Below, in pieces: positions 36,985 through 52,108 of a DNA stretch of 64,000 nucleotides; position 1 is the first letter of the stretch; the number at the start of each line of letters is the position of its first letter. The stretch lies in NCBI RefSeq assembly GCF_963921235.1, contig NC_086109.1, positions 25,172,001-25,236,000 on the forward strand. The letters run 5' to 3'. The notes under the pieces are model-generated. The model was not told the DNA's origin and ran no database searches. It was given only the letters and a program-made list of their open reading frames with translations. Both the position numbers and the translations under genes were made by a program. This DNA comes from Mobula hypostoma. Taxonomy: Eukaryota.

Positions 36985-39200
36985 TAGAACATAAAACAGT
37001 ACAGCACAGGAACAGTCTCTTTAGTCCAAATTACATCAAACTAATGAAATTGGTAACCAGATGCCCAACTTTTGCTTACATAATGTCCATATCCTGCCAT
37101 TTCTTGCACATTCACGTGCCTGCTCAAGAGCTTCTTGAGTGCCTCGATCATGCTTGCTTCCATCATCAACCCAGGCAGTGCATTCCTGGCACCTACCAAC
37201 TATGATTTTTTTTTTGTAAAAAAAGCGTGTCCTGCATATCTCCTTTGAACTTACCTTAAAAGCACTGTCTCTAATATTAGGCATTTCAACCTTGGGAAAG
37301 AGATACAGACCATCTATTCTATCTATGCCTTTTCTAATCTTATAAATCACTTATTGGATTTCTCCTCAAACTCCACCGCTCCAGAGAAAACAACCCAAGT
37401 TTGCCCAACTTCTTCCACCCTATAACCCAGGAAGCATCCTCTTAATCCTCTTCTGCACCCTCCCCAAAGCATCAACATCTTTCCTGTAATGGAGTGACCA
37501 GAACTGAATGTCACACTCCAAATGTAGTCTAGAGTTTTATAAAGTTACAACATAACATTCCAACTCAAACTCAATTTGACAAATAAAAGCAAGCATGCTA
37601 TATGCCTTCTTTAGCATCCTAACAACCTATGTAGCCACATTAAGGGGACTGTGGGGTTGGATCCAAGATCCCTCTGTACATAAAACTGTTAAAGGTCTTG
37701 CAGTCAACAGTGTATGTCTCTTTACATTTAATTTCCCAAAATGCAACACTTCACATTTGGCCAGTTTAAAATCCATCCACATTTGCAATTGATAAATATA
37801 CCGTTTTTTTGACAGTCTTTTTACGCCATCCACAACTTCACCAACCTTTGTATCATCTTCAAACTTACAAACCCACCCATCTGTATTTTCATCCAGGTCA
37901 TTTATGTCACAACAGCAAAGGGCCCCATACTGACCCATGTGGAACACTGCTAGTCACAGACCTCCAGCCAGAATAAGTTTCCATTGACTACTACCCTCTG
38001 TCATCTATGGGCAAACAAATTCTGAATCCAAACAGCCAATTCACAGCGGACGCTTGCATCTTAACTTTTTGGATGTGCCTCTACGACAGACCTCATCAAA
38101 AATCTTATGAAAATCCATGTAAACAACAGTCCTACTTTCAAATATCTGCATCACTTCCTTGAAAAACTCAATGATGATAATGAGACAAGGCATGCCTCCC
38201 AAAAAGCCTCGCTGATTGTGCCTAATGAGTGGATTCCCAACTGCTCATAAATCCTATCCAGTAACTTCCCTACAAATGATGCAAGACTCGCCAGTAAATT
38301 GCTTCTAGGATTATCCCCCTTTCCCTTCTTGAATAATGGAACATTAGCTACTTGCCAGTCCTCCGGGACTTGCCTGTGGCTAGACAGGACGCAAAAATAA
38401 TGGTCAAGATCCCAGAAATCTCATCTCTTGCCTCTCTCAATAAGGTGGGATCTATCCCACCAGGTCCTGGGGATTTATCCACCTTAATGTTAAGAGGCAC
38501 ATTACCCCCTCTTTATCTTGAAATCTCATAGCAAGGAGGCATGCTCCATGCTGATCTCAATGGTAAATTCTGATGCAAAGCACTCCTTTAGGACCACACC
38601 CACATCTTACACCTCCAAGTTCATGCTTTCTCCTCAGAATGATCCTAACCACTCGCTAGTTATCTTCTTGATGCATGTATAAAATAGTTCGAGATTTTCT
38701 TTAGTCCTGCTTGCCAAGGGACTTTTCATGGCCTCTATTGATTTTCTTAATTCTCTTCTGTCATACTTTTCAAGCTTCTTTATAATTCTCAAATCTGTTT
38801 GATTTTAGCTTTCTAAACCTTGCACACTTCCATTTTCTTCTGGAGTAAATTCATCACCTCTCTTGACATACAAGGCTCCTTTACCTTGTCTTTCCTTATC
38901 ACTAGAACATACCCGTCCTATACCCTGCGCAGTTCATCTTTAAACACCTTCCATGTACCAGATATAGACTCGGCCAAAAACAGTTTCTCCCCAATTCCTA
39001 CCTAATATTCTCATAACTTGCTCTGCACCAATTTAATACTCTTCCATAAGGTCTATACTAATCCAAAGCCAATTTAAAATTTAAGGAGTTGTGATCCCCA
39101 CTTCCTAACTATTCTCCCACATAAAAATCATCACCTGGCCAGGTTCATTACTAAACATCAAGTCCATTATGGCTGTTCCTCTTGCCGAACTATCTCACCA
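36985..39200 (-). mobile_element. Old CR1 ORF2/3'UTR remnant
   Basis: INDLDEN..CKFEDDTKVG, KCEVLHFG and IYKIRKGIDRID segments. Confidence 0.8.
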
Positions 39201-42200
39201 AAGGAAAAATAAAGTACAGTTTGAAAGACCGTACTCTGCAAGTCCAATCAGTATAATCTCAAAATGTAGGACTGGAAATAGGGCCTTTTGTGGGCAGAAG
39301 CTATCCTAGACAAATCAAACATTAAATAAGCTTAAGGCAATCCAAACAAAACGGTACATGATTGCATTTGTTTGAAATTCAATGATCTTTGGTGCTGATT
39401 CTGCTGATATCATTTATATTTGCCTTTGTAAATAAAACAAGAAATTCCCTGCATTTCTAATATATATTTATTAGAGGGCAGTGCACTTGCGTATTTTATA
39501 ATTCAAATGAATGTTATTGCAATTAGAAAAAAAAATAGTCAAGGGATTATTTCTAGCCTGTGTCTTACCAATTTTGCTATCAACTAGATCGATTTCTAGT
39601 CATTTGGCCAAATAAAATAAAATTAGAAGCAATAAAATTCCAGAAATCACAGTTTTGGAATAACAGTGCAAATGGAAAAGCTTTTGAAGCAAGGGAAAAA
39701 AAATCATACAATTCGTTCCCATGGAGGTACATTTAGGGGTCCAATCACATTGGGGAAGAAATGCTAAGACTTTTCATAAAAAAGTACAACTAAAACACAT
39801 TCTACAGAGGGCAAAACCAAATGTCAATTTTAAAAGTTGCCTTGTTTTTACTTTATGGCCTCTTCATCACCTCTTATGTATTTCATCTAATTGTTTGACA
39901 CTACCCAAATTTACAACTAATTTCTTTATCCAGTTTATTTTCAATTGGTTTTCAATAGAAAGCAAAGTGCCTTCACAGTTAACCTAATTTTCCTATCCCT
40001 CTAATTCTAATGAAGGGCTTTCTTCCTCAGTTTTAACTCTGTACAGTCTGCTAAGAATTTACAATTTTTATTTCAAATTACCTGCAAATGCAGGTCTTAT
40101 TTTATTTTCATATACATTTCCTGGACCTAATCCTACTTTTTCTTGCTTTTCCCCATAGAATTTTATCACCTTGGTGGTCTGGTAAATTTGCGTTAACACT
40201 TTTGCCTAATTGGTAGACAACTTCACAATTAAGAGACTAAATTGTTACATTAAAGTAGATAATGTAGACTTCATGAAGAAGTTTTTTTTAGTTTGAAACA
40301 CGAATTGCAAGTTTCACTGTTCTGTTTACAAATTGAAATATAACTGCTCCAGGAGCTCCATTAGGACATCAGACTCGTACCATTTTACCACATTAAATAC
40401 ATTGATTTTAGAAACAGATCAGTGAATGGTGTAATACTGATCCTTGACACATGAACAGTTACTGATTGTCGACTGTAAGTCTATACTGCATTTTAGATCT
40501 CACCCTTTTGTCCACCCCTGATTTTTCTAGAGGAATGTTTTGTTATATCATTCATTCCAAGACAGAATGCAACATTTTAAAGCATAAAGCATCATTATCA
40601 CTGACCATGCTAATTTATTACCGTTACTTAGCTCCTTTTTCGGCTCAGTTTTAAACTGTTACACTGCACTTACTGGTACTCTGAATTTTCCTTTTTGCTT
40701 CCCTCAAATTATAGAACAGTTTAGTTGAACATCTGGGAAAGTAGTAAAAGCTAAAGAAAGGTGTGCCGAAGTATAGTGATGTTCCTGGTTATGAGAGCCC
40801 TTTCTGGAGATATTAGAAGTCGTGCTCATACTTTTACTTGTAACAGAGATTAAGATGTTGACAGAGGGAGGATTTTATGTTGAGCAATTTTGATTAGGAT
40901 TTGAGAAAAACTCAGTTACAGAATTAATACTATTTAGGCAGCACCTCACAAAATTTTCAAACATATCAATCAAGCAGAAAGTGAATTTTGTAGTTAATTG
41001 ACATTTTGTTCATAATTTGCTGTAAATATTACTTTAAAAAATATTCATTTTCCCTTCATCCATTTTCCCAAAATGAGTAAACAGGAATGCGAAACTAAAA
41101 TTAAGAATTCAGAAATGAACTTTGGTTTAAGTTATGCTGCTAGAACAGCAAGCATAGATTAAAAGTGGGCATGAAGGATTCACAAAGACTATTTTAAAAG
41201 AATGGAAACTAAGTTTAAAAAAAGGATAGAGAACAAAATCAGACATAAGCATGGATTATAGGAACATCAACAGAACAACTTTCAGTCAAAGAAGTTAATT
41301 TTGCTGAGCTATCTTAAGTAAACAAATATCCTTAACAAATCATTTTGTTAGTTTCAACCTTATTTCTCTGTACGACAGTTGCAACCTCCTTCAGACAAAA
41401 AAAAACTGTTCTTCTAATCTGGCCCTTTACGTGTTCTTAAATTCTAAATGCTCCAGCAGTGTCGGTCTTGCCTTTAGCTGCCTAAGTCCCAGGATCTCTC
41501 GACAGCTTATTTACCCCCTCCTCCTTCGAGTTGGTCCTTGAAATCTTGCTTCTTAGAACCTTTCGGATCTTTCCTTAAGTTTTCCTTATGGTTTGTGTCA
41601 TTTTTGCTTAACAGCAACTTATTTAAAATGACCTTTCCTAAGTTGAAAAGTTGCTATTAAACAGAAGTTGCAGTGGGTATGAATCTGCTATAAATCTGCT
41701 CTGCCAAAATACTCAGGGAGGTCCATAGTACTCAACCAAAAGGTTACCAATTGTTTCTTTACTCCCACAATATCGGACTGATCACGATTTTGATTTGTAT
41801 TAACTTGGATTACCCCAAAAGAGGACAAAAGCAGAGGAGTGAACAGTTTTGATGTCCCATCTGCAGGAAATGTGGAAAGAAATGGAATCTAGAAGTTGCT
41901 CAGAGGATCCAGATATTAAGGGTGTCTCTGTAGTAACTATAATCATCTTATACTTTCTTATCATCAAAAGCTAGACTCAAAAAGTTTTAGGTTCTATTCT
42001 GGAGGGCCAAGAACATAATCTGGGCAGCATTCAATGCCACATTATCAAAAGTTCACTCCGTTTTGAAAAGACATTAAAGTAAAAGTCATATCTGTCCTCA
42101 AGACGAATGAAAGATCCATCAGTACTAGTCTGAATCAATGTAAGTATTCCTCCACCAAAGTCTCCCTGTCTATTCCACTCAAGTCTTTAAACATGCCTCA

Positions 42201-45200
42201 GTTTAAAACATAAGAGACAGGCCTATCAGCCAACGAAGAATGCGCCAAGCATGATATCAATTTGAAACTAATCCTATCAGCCTGCACATGGACTAAGCCC
42301 ATTTGCTGCCTGTTCATCTGGCTGACCAGATGTCTTTTAAACATTGCTTATGGTAGCTGCTTCCACCACTTCCCCAGCAGCATGCTCCAGATGCCTACCA
42401 CTCCAAATTTTTCTTCTAATTACATATATTTTTTGAATTTGCACCACACCCTTGCCTAGATCAGCATATATTTATGATTACAGAAAACTGAATGCAATAC
42501 AGATTCAATTGGAGTAAGCCTCATTACAAGATTCATTTTTACATTTCTGTATTGTAAACTCAATTAGAATATTTCTCTAATTGATCAATCTTGCACCAAA
42601 TTAAACAGGCATACAAAGAATCCCTTCATCACTTTCAGGCTAGGAAAAATACTCAACCAGATCACACACACAAGAGAATACAAGCTGAACTTGCACACCC
42701 TCATTTTAACTTTCCAACTCCAAGTACTGTTCAAATTCATCTTCCTCAGATCCAGCATGTTTTATGGTTTTGTCTACCTGGTCAATTGATAACCCTTCAT
42801 TCATTTTGTACTCCAAATACACACAGTAGTATTTTAAACTTGAATGTGCATTCTATTCTCTCACATAAAAGAAATGTGACAATGAGGCCAAACAGAACAT
42901 GTAGGAAATGTGTACGGAATTAAGAAACTGCAGAAAAATGGACAATGCCCCTTCTCATTTTACTGCAAAATAATGCCAAAGAGTCAGATTATGTTCCCTA
43001 ATTAAGAAAGGTAGGGTAATTCAAGCTCAATCCTCTCCATCCTGCATCAGTACCCAGAAGTAGCTCAGATACAGCAGAACTGTTCATCCTGCTATTATTC
43101 ATGTAGGAACTAAATATTCCAGGTATCAACAAGCTGGATGCTAAAGAAATACCTGGCAGAGGTGGAGTCCATGAAAAAGGGGGAAAAAAATCAGACTACA
43201 CAATATATTTAACATAAGCAACCATCATAAAGTATTAATTAGTACCAAACTTTGCTTTATGCAAACTATCTTATCTTTTCCACAATTGTTCTCTATGAAT
43301 AAGGAGCTACCATATTGCACTTAAGTTGGAAAAAACAACATTTGCTGAAGATAGTTTTGGAATTGCTCAGTGGCAATCAGAGTGGGTTTCTAGTTACTTA
43401 ATATGTCATTTGGTTTTTAAAACCAAAACCAAATACTGTACATGGACTTGCAATGATGGTGTACATTAGCATTTGTCAAAATCTATGCCATTTATGCCCT
43501 ACTTGACTTCCCAACTAACTCCACTGCTTGATTTTATTAAGTCTCACTGAAGGAAACATTTTAGCAATACCCATTTTAAACTCTTTGTAACTTTCCAATG
43601 AAAAGAGCAACTGTGAATAAAGCACTAGACAGCATTGTATGACAACTCTGTTTTGATAGTGGACTATTCCTAAAACAAATGTTATGTTTTTCATTAAGAA
43701 CATACACACTTTACAAAGACTCCACTCACCATTATTGAAAGCAATTGCATTAAATATAAAGTGGATAAGCGATAATCTTTGAAGGTGGTACCTGGTTTTT
43801 CTGAATCCTCTGACTCCACTGGGGCGAGTTAACTGCCCAATCCATTTTCAGGTTAAAGCACTTAAAACATATTCAAAAAGTCTGCTCTCCATTCTATGTT
43901 TTTTTTTAAAAGCATATTCTTTACAATAGTAGTAACTGACCCCCATCTCATTCTGCTCCCCTTCCTCATCCAGAAATTGCAAAGCCAAGTGCAATAGCCA
44001 GGCGAGGGCAGTTTAACGAGTAAATGAAAATATTGGCATCGAAGACAAGATTTTACCAAGTCAGTCAAATATTTAATAATTCACTATTTCTCAGAGGTTA
44101 ATTTCATTGGGACAAAATGCTGTCCAGTCATTCAATTAGATGCTAAATGTGGGAATTTCTATATAAATAACAATCCCAAACATGGCAATCACATGGTAAT
44201 CCTGCTAATCTCAAATTGTTTAATCACATGGATAATAAGAAAATACAATATCTTATACATCATGCTATTCAGCAAGAAAGTCACTTCTGTGTACTCAACT
44301 ATGCACTCCATGGTATGAGAATTGAAACCAACTACAACCAAGCCTTGGGCTCCCCTAACTTTAAAGTAGAAATAAATGAATTTATAAATTGATGGCTAGA
44401 GCAGCAAGGAAAGAGAACCATCATGCCCAGAGAAATAGTAAGCTAATAATACTGGTCATCTTGGCAGGCTTCAATTCAGCTTTAAGTCACCATCTACTGT
44501 CACACAGTTTGTTGATTACATTAGGTCATCAATTAATTCATAGAAAATGCATAACATCCACAAACTTGTTTTGCCTCAAAAAACTTATATATAAGACTCT
44601 CAATTTTCCTGCATCTGTTCCGAAAGCACTGACCATAATACCACCCCTATAGATTGTTGAGTTGTTTTTGTGCACAGTCCAGTGGAGAATATAATCCCAA
44701 ATACAGATTAATGCTACTTTTGTTTAGTTCAAAATATGCAGGCTGGAAAGGAATTCAAAGCATAGACATATCTTTTAAAATAAACTAATGAAACATTAAA
44801 TAAAGAGAAAAGATGTTATATCTTCCCACTTTTCCTTATCAGATGCCAAGATGACGCATTAGCATTTTCATAGTTATCCACATTGACACAGATTTACTTT
44901 TTATCTCTCAAACAGTATCTGCCCAATTCCAGGTTTTCTGTTCGTCCAGGTTTCAGAGAAACACAAGAACATCTCTTCAAAATATGGTGAACACCACCTT
45001 GGGAGTTTGGTTAAAACAAATCAGAATACTGATTTCCCTACCCAAATATTTTTGCTACAAAATTTTACCAAAATAATGCTTCCTCACAATGAAGTGTATT
45101 CCAAGCACAAAAGTATAAATGAAAGCAATTCTGTGCAGGGCTCAATTAAGATGCCTCAACTAGTACTTACAGTACGAATCGCTTTTTGCGGTTCATACCT

Positions 45201-47389
45201 CATCTTGCTTACAGACTTTGAACAAGATGACAATTTTACCAATTTCTCACCTCTCTGTCCACCACAAGCATTGAAGAATACTTTAGTGTCTGAGTCATAA
45301 ATGTATAACATGGAGCCTTCAGAACAGACAAGTTAAATCCACACTTCCAATGATTGCAAGCATTTTAAAATGAGAATGCAATTAGCCACTAAGTTAGACA
45401 GTTAATCACTAAAGGAAATCAGAATACTCATAACAGTTCTCTCAGATTTTCTGGCCAAAAACTAAAAAAATCTAAATTCAGTAAAATGAGAAAACAACAT
45501 ACGGGAATGATCTGGCTTCAAGGGTGGCTGGAGGAGAAGCAAACCAGTGCTACCTCCATATCACAATACCATAGACTAAAGCATTTGACGAACGTCAAAA
45601 AATTCACACAAAAAAATTAAGCAATTTAGTCTAAAAGCACTTGTTCACATACTTTCAAAATAGTCATGTTCTTTGGAGAAAATCATTACATTGCATGCTG
45701 CAAGGAAAGATGATGTTAACAAAGTGTTAACGTTTAAAAAAAATAGGTGGATGATTACTTCAAAATAGAAATTTATCATCTTTAATATGAAAAAGCATTG
45801 AAATTACAATTAACCTTTTTTTCCTAAGATGGTGGTTAATGTTTTCAGTGTGACAATAACTATTTAATTTCACACCACTGTTTTTATTTTAATCAAGGCT
45901 GAAGTCTTGGCATCAGGCAACAATGACCTGGACATAAGGAAATTAGGCATACACCAACTAAAACTCAGTTGGCATCAACAAATACGGTACAAATCTAAAG
46001 GTGGTACAAGAATTATGTATTTTGCAGATTACAACTTTGAGGGGGAATGGTTTTAGTTTTAATTTCCAAATATCTAATGTTTTCCTCAATTCTACTATAA
46101 TTTCTTTTCATTATCCTGAATTTATAATTTTGAACTACCCATAAGAAAAATCTGGGCAAATCCAACAAGCAGCCTACAAGTTATTGTAGTTAACTATGGC
46201 AGGTACCAAAGCATACAACCTTTTTTCTTAAAAAATTGCTTTAAAAGAAACTTTGATATCTCCACAAAAAACCTGTACTGTTAAGAGACATAGGATGGCT
46301 GGAATTGTGTGCAAAACGTTAACACCAAAATCATTATGACATTTTGTTTCATGAAGCAGTCTTCACTGAGGAAATACAAAACTTTAAAAAGTTAACATCT
46401 TAATCATACAACATTGCACTTCAACATTATAATCCCACTTCAGAAACCTTACCTGGGTGCAAACACCAATACTGATAAACAGTGTAAACACCTTTGTAGA
46501 CAGAAAATCCATAGCATCCAATGTTGATAATCGATTGTCTGTCTTGTAAACACTGCAGTGCAGGAGTGCTTCCTCCCTCATCCTTTACAAAGCGTTTTAA
46601 CAGCAGGCGCACGTGAAACTCAGAACAGGCGTCTTCTGTTAGTTAACAGTGCAAGCTTATCAGCTAGTTACTGGGCAATTATATTCATTTTTAAAAATAC
46701 ATAAAAAGGTCTCCTAGGTCAAAACACTTGAGTTGAAATCTCACTGTGATGAGTTGAAAGGCAATACAGGTATGAATGAGTTTGGGTACCTAAGGACATG
46801 CACATCCATAGGGTGTGAAACTGTTATAAGCCATAACGCATCCATCAGTAACACAGTAAAAGTGTATTTAAACCGATTGCTAGCCCTGACGAAATATCAG
46901 ACGTATTGTACCTTTTCTTCCTCTTCAAATTAAGAACTGAAATGGCATGCTTTTAAAGCTCCAGAACATGGGGGTGCTGCCTGTATTCTAGGCAGCATTC
47001 GAGAAAAGCAGAATACTTATTTAGGGAGGCTTTGTTTTTTGTTTGGTCATGGGCAGCAAGATCGAAACTTATTTTCAAAGATTCACATTCTTCAAATACT
47101 TCTCATGTCGGATCAAAAATAAATCAAAACTTTAAAAAAAATTTTTCAAGCAACTCTGGATCTTCAATTAGAACAGTATCACGACGATCAGCCAGTGGTC
47201 AATTCTCAGCATTTCGAAATGGGGTAACTCCCCATCGTTTCTTTCTTGCAGGCCACTGTTAGGATAACGGTGACGCTGACGGTTCCTCCTCAAATAACGG
47301 GGAGTTCCAAAACAAAATGCCTCGCAAACGTACGCAAGGGGTCATTTTTTTTTTGCTTCATTCAAACTTACTCCAAGGCAGATTTTTTT

Positions 47390-47756
47390 CCTCAAAAGAA
47401 AACACATTTTATTGATTTTGGTTGACAACATAATCAGCTCAACGCACGTGTGTCTGTGAAAGCCAGTATTCAGTTGGTTGAGCCCGAATAGCTTTTCCTT
47501 TTGCCCCCAGAAATCAGTTATAAACAGCACACAGCAGCAGATCATTTTCCCCTCAAAACACAGGACCTGGTTTCACATTAGAAGATACAGGAACTTTTTA
47601 TATATATTTTTTTCAAGCTGCCATTCCAGCTTTTTAAAAACAAACAACCAGAAATTTCCCCCTGCAAAAGGCCATTTTACTTCACACAAACATCGTCTTC
47701 GGCTTGCACTAAATTCCAGCGGGAAGTATCCTCCTCAGGTTTGCCATTCAAACATT
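47390..47756 (-). other. RBM15: Probable RBM15 terminal exon / conserved 3'UTR
   Basis: Pyrimidine tract, then first AG at 47758-47757; AATAAA at 47413-47408; the sequence resembles my recollection of the mammalian RBM15 3'UTR (AATGGCAGCTT...GATTTCTGG...GTTGAGCTG...AATAAA...TTCTTTTGAGG). Confidence 0.65.
47408..47413 (-). terminator. Polyadenylation signal AATAAA
   Basis: TTTATT on the plus strand at the end of the conserved-looking block, followed on the minus strand by a GT/T-rich stretch. Confidence 0.65.
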
Positions 47757-50700
47757 CTGCCATTTGGATTTTGCAGGAAAGAAATATCAAATTAGACAAA
47801 AAAAAACATGCAACAGCAGCTTCTTCTATATAACTAACAATAATACAATAATTGTACATATAGCATCAACAAAGAAAAAAATCATCACTAAAGAAATTCT
47901 ATTGGCATGCTATTGGATAACTGGTTCTTACTAAGGCACCCATAAAACCCTAGCTTTCTAAAACAAATGCTTTTATGCGGAGTTGTCAAAGACATGGTGT
48001 AAAAGCTGATATCTTTGTCCAAGATAAAAGTCCTATGTTAAATAGCCCCCAAGCTTAGCTATCAAATGCAAGTCTGAAGACTTGTCTGAAGCTCAAAATC
48101 CTTAGTAACTTTTCATCTTCATTTACAATGATAATCTAACACTGGTTCATTTACACTTTGAAAAACAAAATTAAGACCACTTATTTGCGCTGGGGTTATC
48201 TGCATCAAAATACTGTGTGCCATGGCTGTTGGGAATTGGAAAGAGAATGACATGTTGGACTTCAGAAATTTTTATATTAATAGTAGTGACCAAAACTAAC
48301 TGGCTCAATCATAGGTAAGTAATTGAAAACATACCCAATTTGTACTGGTCCTCCAACCAAATCAATGGACTGCAGCAGCACAATGTCTAAAAATTGTGCA
48401 GCACATCTCCAAAAAGGTCACGTGCTTCTGCTTGAACACTACACTCCCAGCATTTGACAGTATCAACAGCTGCTACACTGTGCAGCAATATCACAGGGAG
48501 TTGCCTAGTTTATTCAATGTCTGTTTAAAAAGTCAGCTGGGGTACTGGGGGGAGAAAACAAATCAACAAAATATTACAAAAGAAAACAAGGAAAATACTG
48601 ATAACCATGACTCTGGACTTTTGAGTATCTGGTTACAGTGGCAACAGCCAAGCCTGAAGAATGAGCTGGCTGGTTCTCTTCACAACTACAGATGAGTGGA
48701 AGCAGGCATAGACTAAGCAAAGCCAGGGCAGTGAGGATTAAGCCTACAATTTGAAGTTTAAAACTAAAGCTTACAGTATGACTGTCTTTCTCAAATGTTG
48801 TAAAAGACATTAGTGTAAGCATATCTAGGAGATTGCCCAGTAAATTTACAAGGGCTAGGGGTAATTAGAGCCTTCACTGAAAGCAGGAGCTCTAAGTTAG
48901 AATAAAACTTGTCCACTTGCTATAATTATCGACTTTGAGAGAAAGCCAACATTAACATACTCGACTCTATACTGGGCTTAACTCTATTGTCCAAAGATGT
49001 TTAAGTTATCATTAATGTATCATGACATTGAAGATAATCTAACTTGCAGGACAACTGCATGTCTTGTACAACTGGACCATGAGACAATTCTCCTACTATC
49101 TAAGTAATTGATAGGTCACATGTTTTAATCTCTCATCTCAGTTGCCCAAAATTCTGATTGTAATTAAACCATTCAAACATATACGTAGTGCCATTTTTGT
49201 TTGCATTTCACTGTTTAAAATTACTCAAAATATACAGTGCACACAGACTTGCTTTTATGAATTAAAAGTCCATACCAATTTAGTTAAGCAAGGCTCTGCA
49301 GTTCAGATGCACCTTCAAGTTGTGCATCATTCTTATTCTTCAAGATCCCATACATGATGGTGAAAGTGTTCATTCAGTTTTAAGCACAAAAAGCCTTCCC
49401 TAAATTTAGCTTTATGATGATTTTGTCACTACTCATGGCAGAATTTGTTGCCAATATTACTATATATATGATTTTATATAATTAGCTTTGCTGATTTGAA
49501 GCTACTATTAGTAAAGGCTAGTTATAATGGACCACAGATAAAACAATTCCTGGAACAGTACAGCACAAAGCCAAAATTGCTGCATTATAATGTACTGGAC
49601 ATCTCTTTTAACATACAAAATCCTTCAGAAAATTTTCCATGTGCCCATATGCAAAGGATATGGCATGAGGAATTATTCTGGAATATTCCTTTCAATTTTC
49701 TCCCCTCTTTAAATGCTCACATTCAGAGTGCCACCTATCTCAATGGCATTCCACCTCTCACGGAATTGGGTTGTTTCTACTAGTCCAATTGTCTACCAGA
49801 AATCTACAAAAGATGCAGCAAGAATTCTCTCATAGGAGAAGAAAAATTAAGCAGTGAGCAGCATTTGGAGATTGCTCACTCTGACCTTCTCATTGGCTAA
49901 TGGAAGATGTAATGAATTGTAGCCTTGCCAGTAATACCCACGTCTATTGTTTTACAAAAAATTTCCTTAGCAAAGAAACCAGAGTTTCAGTCACAGCAGG
50001 TAAGCCTGCACAGGTTGCAGAAAATCAATCAAAGGAATGAAATGGTGGTCATATCCAACCCCAAGAACTAGGAAATGGAATTTTTTTTTTGAAAATCTGC
50101 ACAATCATAACTTAAGCCAGTAGATTTTTGCAAGGAAGCTCCCATTATTAGTTATTCATGACAGAATTTAGGGAGCTGGAAAATATACATATAGACTGTT
50201 AATGTCAAATAAACTGGCTAAGTGAACTATTCATTTTACAACAATGACTGAACTGCTGAGCATTTACAGCCTTTTATGATTTGGTCAGATTTCTAGCAAT
50301 TTGTAATTTGTTTTACAGTCAGTGTGCACTTCTGTACATTTACACTTTTCTTTTGAGTTAATGTTTTTCTAAAAAAATCACAAATCATGCCTGTGTACTT
50401 GTTCAAAACGCCTCACTCATTAGGGCAAGAATACTGCAAATGAAATAATTGCTGACCTTGCAGCAATGTTCTGAATAGCTGTCACTGCCACATGTGAATG
50501 GAAACTCAGTTCATTTGGCAAATTTCACGTGAAATTCATTTCACAACCTCCCAAGTGATAAGCAGTACTGTTTATAGATTCCACTGAACAATTCTCTCAG
50601 GAGGCACCTTCAGTTTTCTTCCACATAGTACTGTACTGATGAATTTGATTTGACCAGATCACCTCAAAAACTCCCAATTAATGAGAAAACAACATTTATG

Positions 50701-52108
50701 TGATGGACTGGGGTAACTGTGAAACTCACAAACTAATACTGCAAACAGCACAATATCGACAAGTGCTGATGCCTTTTGGACTGGTAAAATACCTCATCAA
50801 ATGCTCAAGTTTCAAATGAACATTTTTTTTTCCTTTGCAGACTTGCATGTGCCTCTAGTTATTTTTTGACTAGTAGACAATACAGACAAGCACAGCACAA
50901 TCTCTAGATTTCACTTTCCATCATTATCTTCTGATTTCTTGCATGTTTTTCCATCCCCTTCAGACTCCCTTTCAACACTGACAAATTAACCACCTATGGA
51001 ACAAGTACACAGGCATCTTTTCGGAAAGTCACATTTTTTTTTTTCCTTTTACACACCCAGGACTCCCGATATATAATCCATCATTGCTTTAATACATGGC
51101 CCACAGCTTTGATCCTTTGCCTACTCAGTAATTAGAAAAGCTCAAGTTGCCCTCTTTGCGTATGTTAAATATTAATGAACAATTTTACAGCCTTTGGCCC
51201 AAGATCCATGATTAAAAGGATCTTCTAAATCACTAGGCAAAGGCAAAAGATAAAGTATTACTTTACTGGTGTTTCAGTTAGTTTGAGGATGAATGGTGCC
51301 CAAAGATATTAAGTGCAAAGAAAACTGCCTACAATGATTACAGCACATTACATGTAACAGCTTGCAAGATGTCTGTGCTCTAATATGTTACCTCATTTAC
51401 AAAACCAGAAAATGACTAGATTTTGAACAAATGTTTTGCGTCTCAATAAAGATCTCAATAATAATGTTAAAAAGAGTATCTTTAGGACTCCATGTTTCCA
51501 ATAATATAATCTGCTTGAAACAGTAAAGAACCAACCACTGGGCTCCAGCACTGAGAGGTACTCACTACCGTAAACAATGCAGGAAGCATTCAAGCTTTAT
51601 ACAATTCACGGCTTATGTTCAGTAATGAGAGTGATTGTGTATTTCAATGTAGTACTGGATACTTCTCAAAGAGGTTGAAGTGACATAGAGTAAAAGAAAC
51701 TACTCCACTTAAGAATAGGAGAATTTTTTTTTACTAAAAGAGAAAGGTAAAGTCATAGGGGAATCAACACACTGTGGGTGACTTGGCCAAAGACATTAGT
51801 GTCCATATGCCCACTATGGTATGATGGCTGAATTTGGTGTCAGGCGAGCACATGCTGAGAGGGTGGTCAATAGACTTCACATGATTACCTAACTATTGTT
51901 TTTCAATATCAACTGGCTGAACATCTTGTACCAAAGACAAAGCTGTCAAGCCAGTCAGTATTTTTGCAGTATTAAGATAGATCCATTATGTACTAAGTGG
52001 CTAAGGTGTCTGATAGCTCTTTTGTGTAGCATTTTGGTGAATTTCATCCTCTTTTGTATCCCATACATATCACAATACACAACCACAGGAGACAATACAA
52101 TTTCAGTT

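Noticed and set aside
800-47000. Exons of SLC16A4, the convergent neighbour of RBM15 in mammals
   Set aside because: No transporter-like peptide recognised by eye; absence is not proven without TBLASTN.
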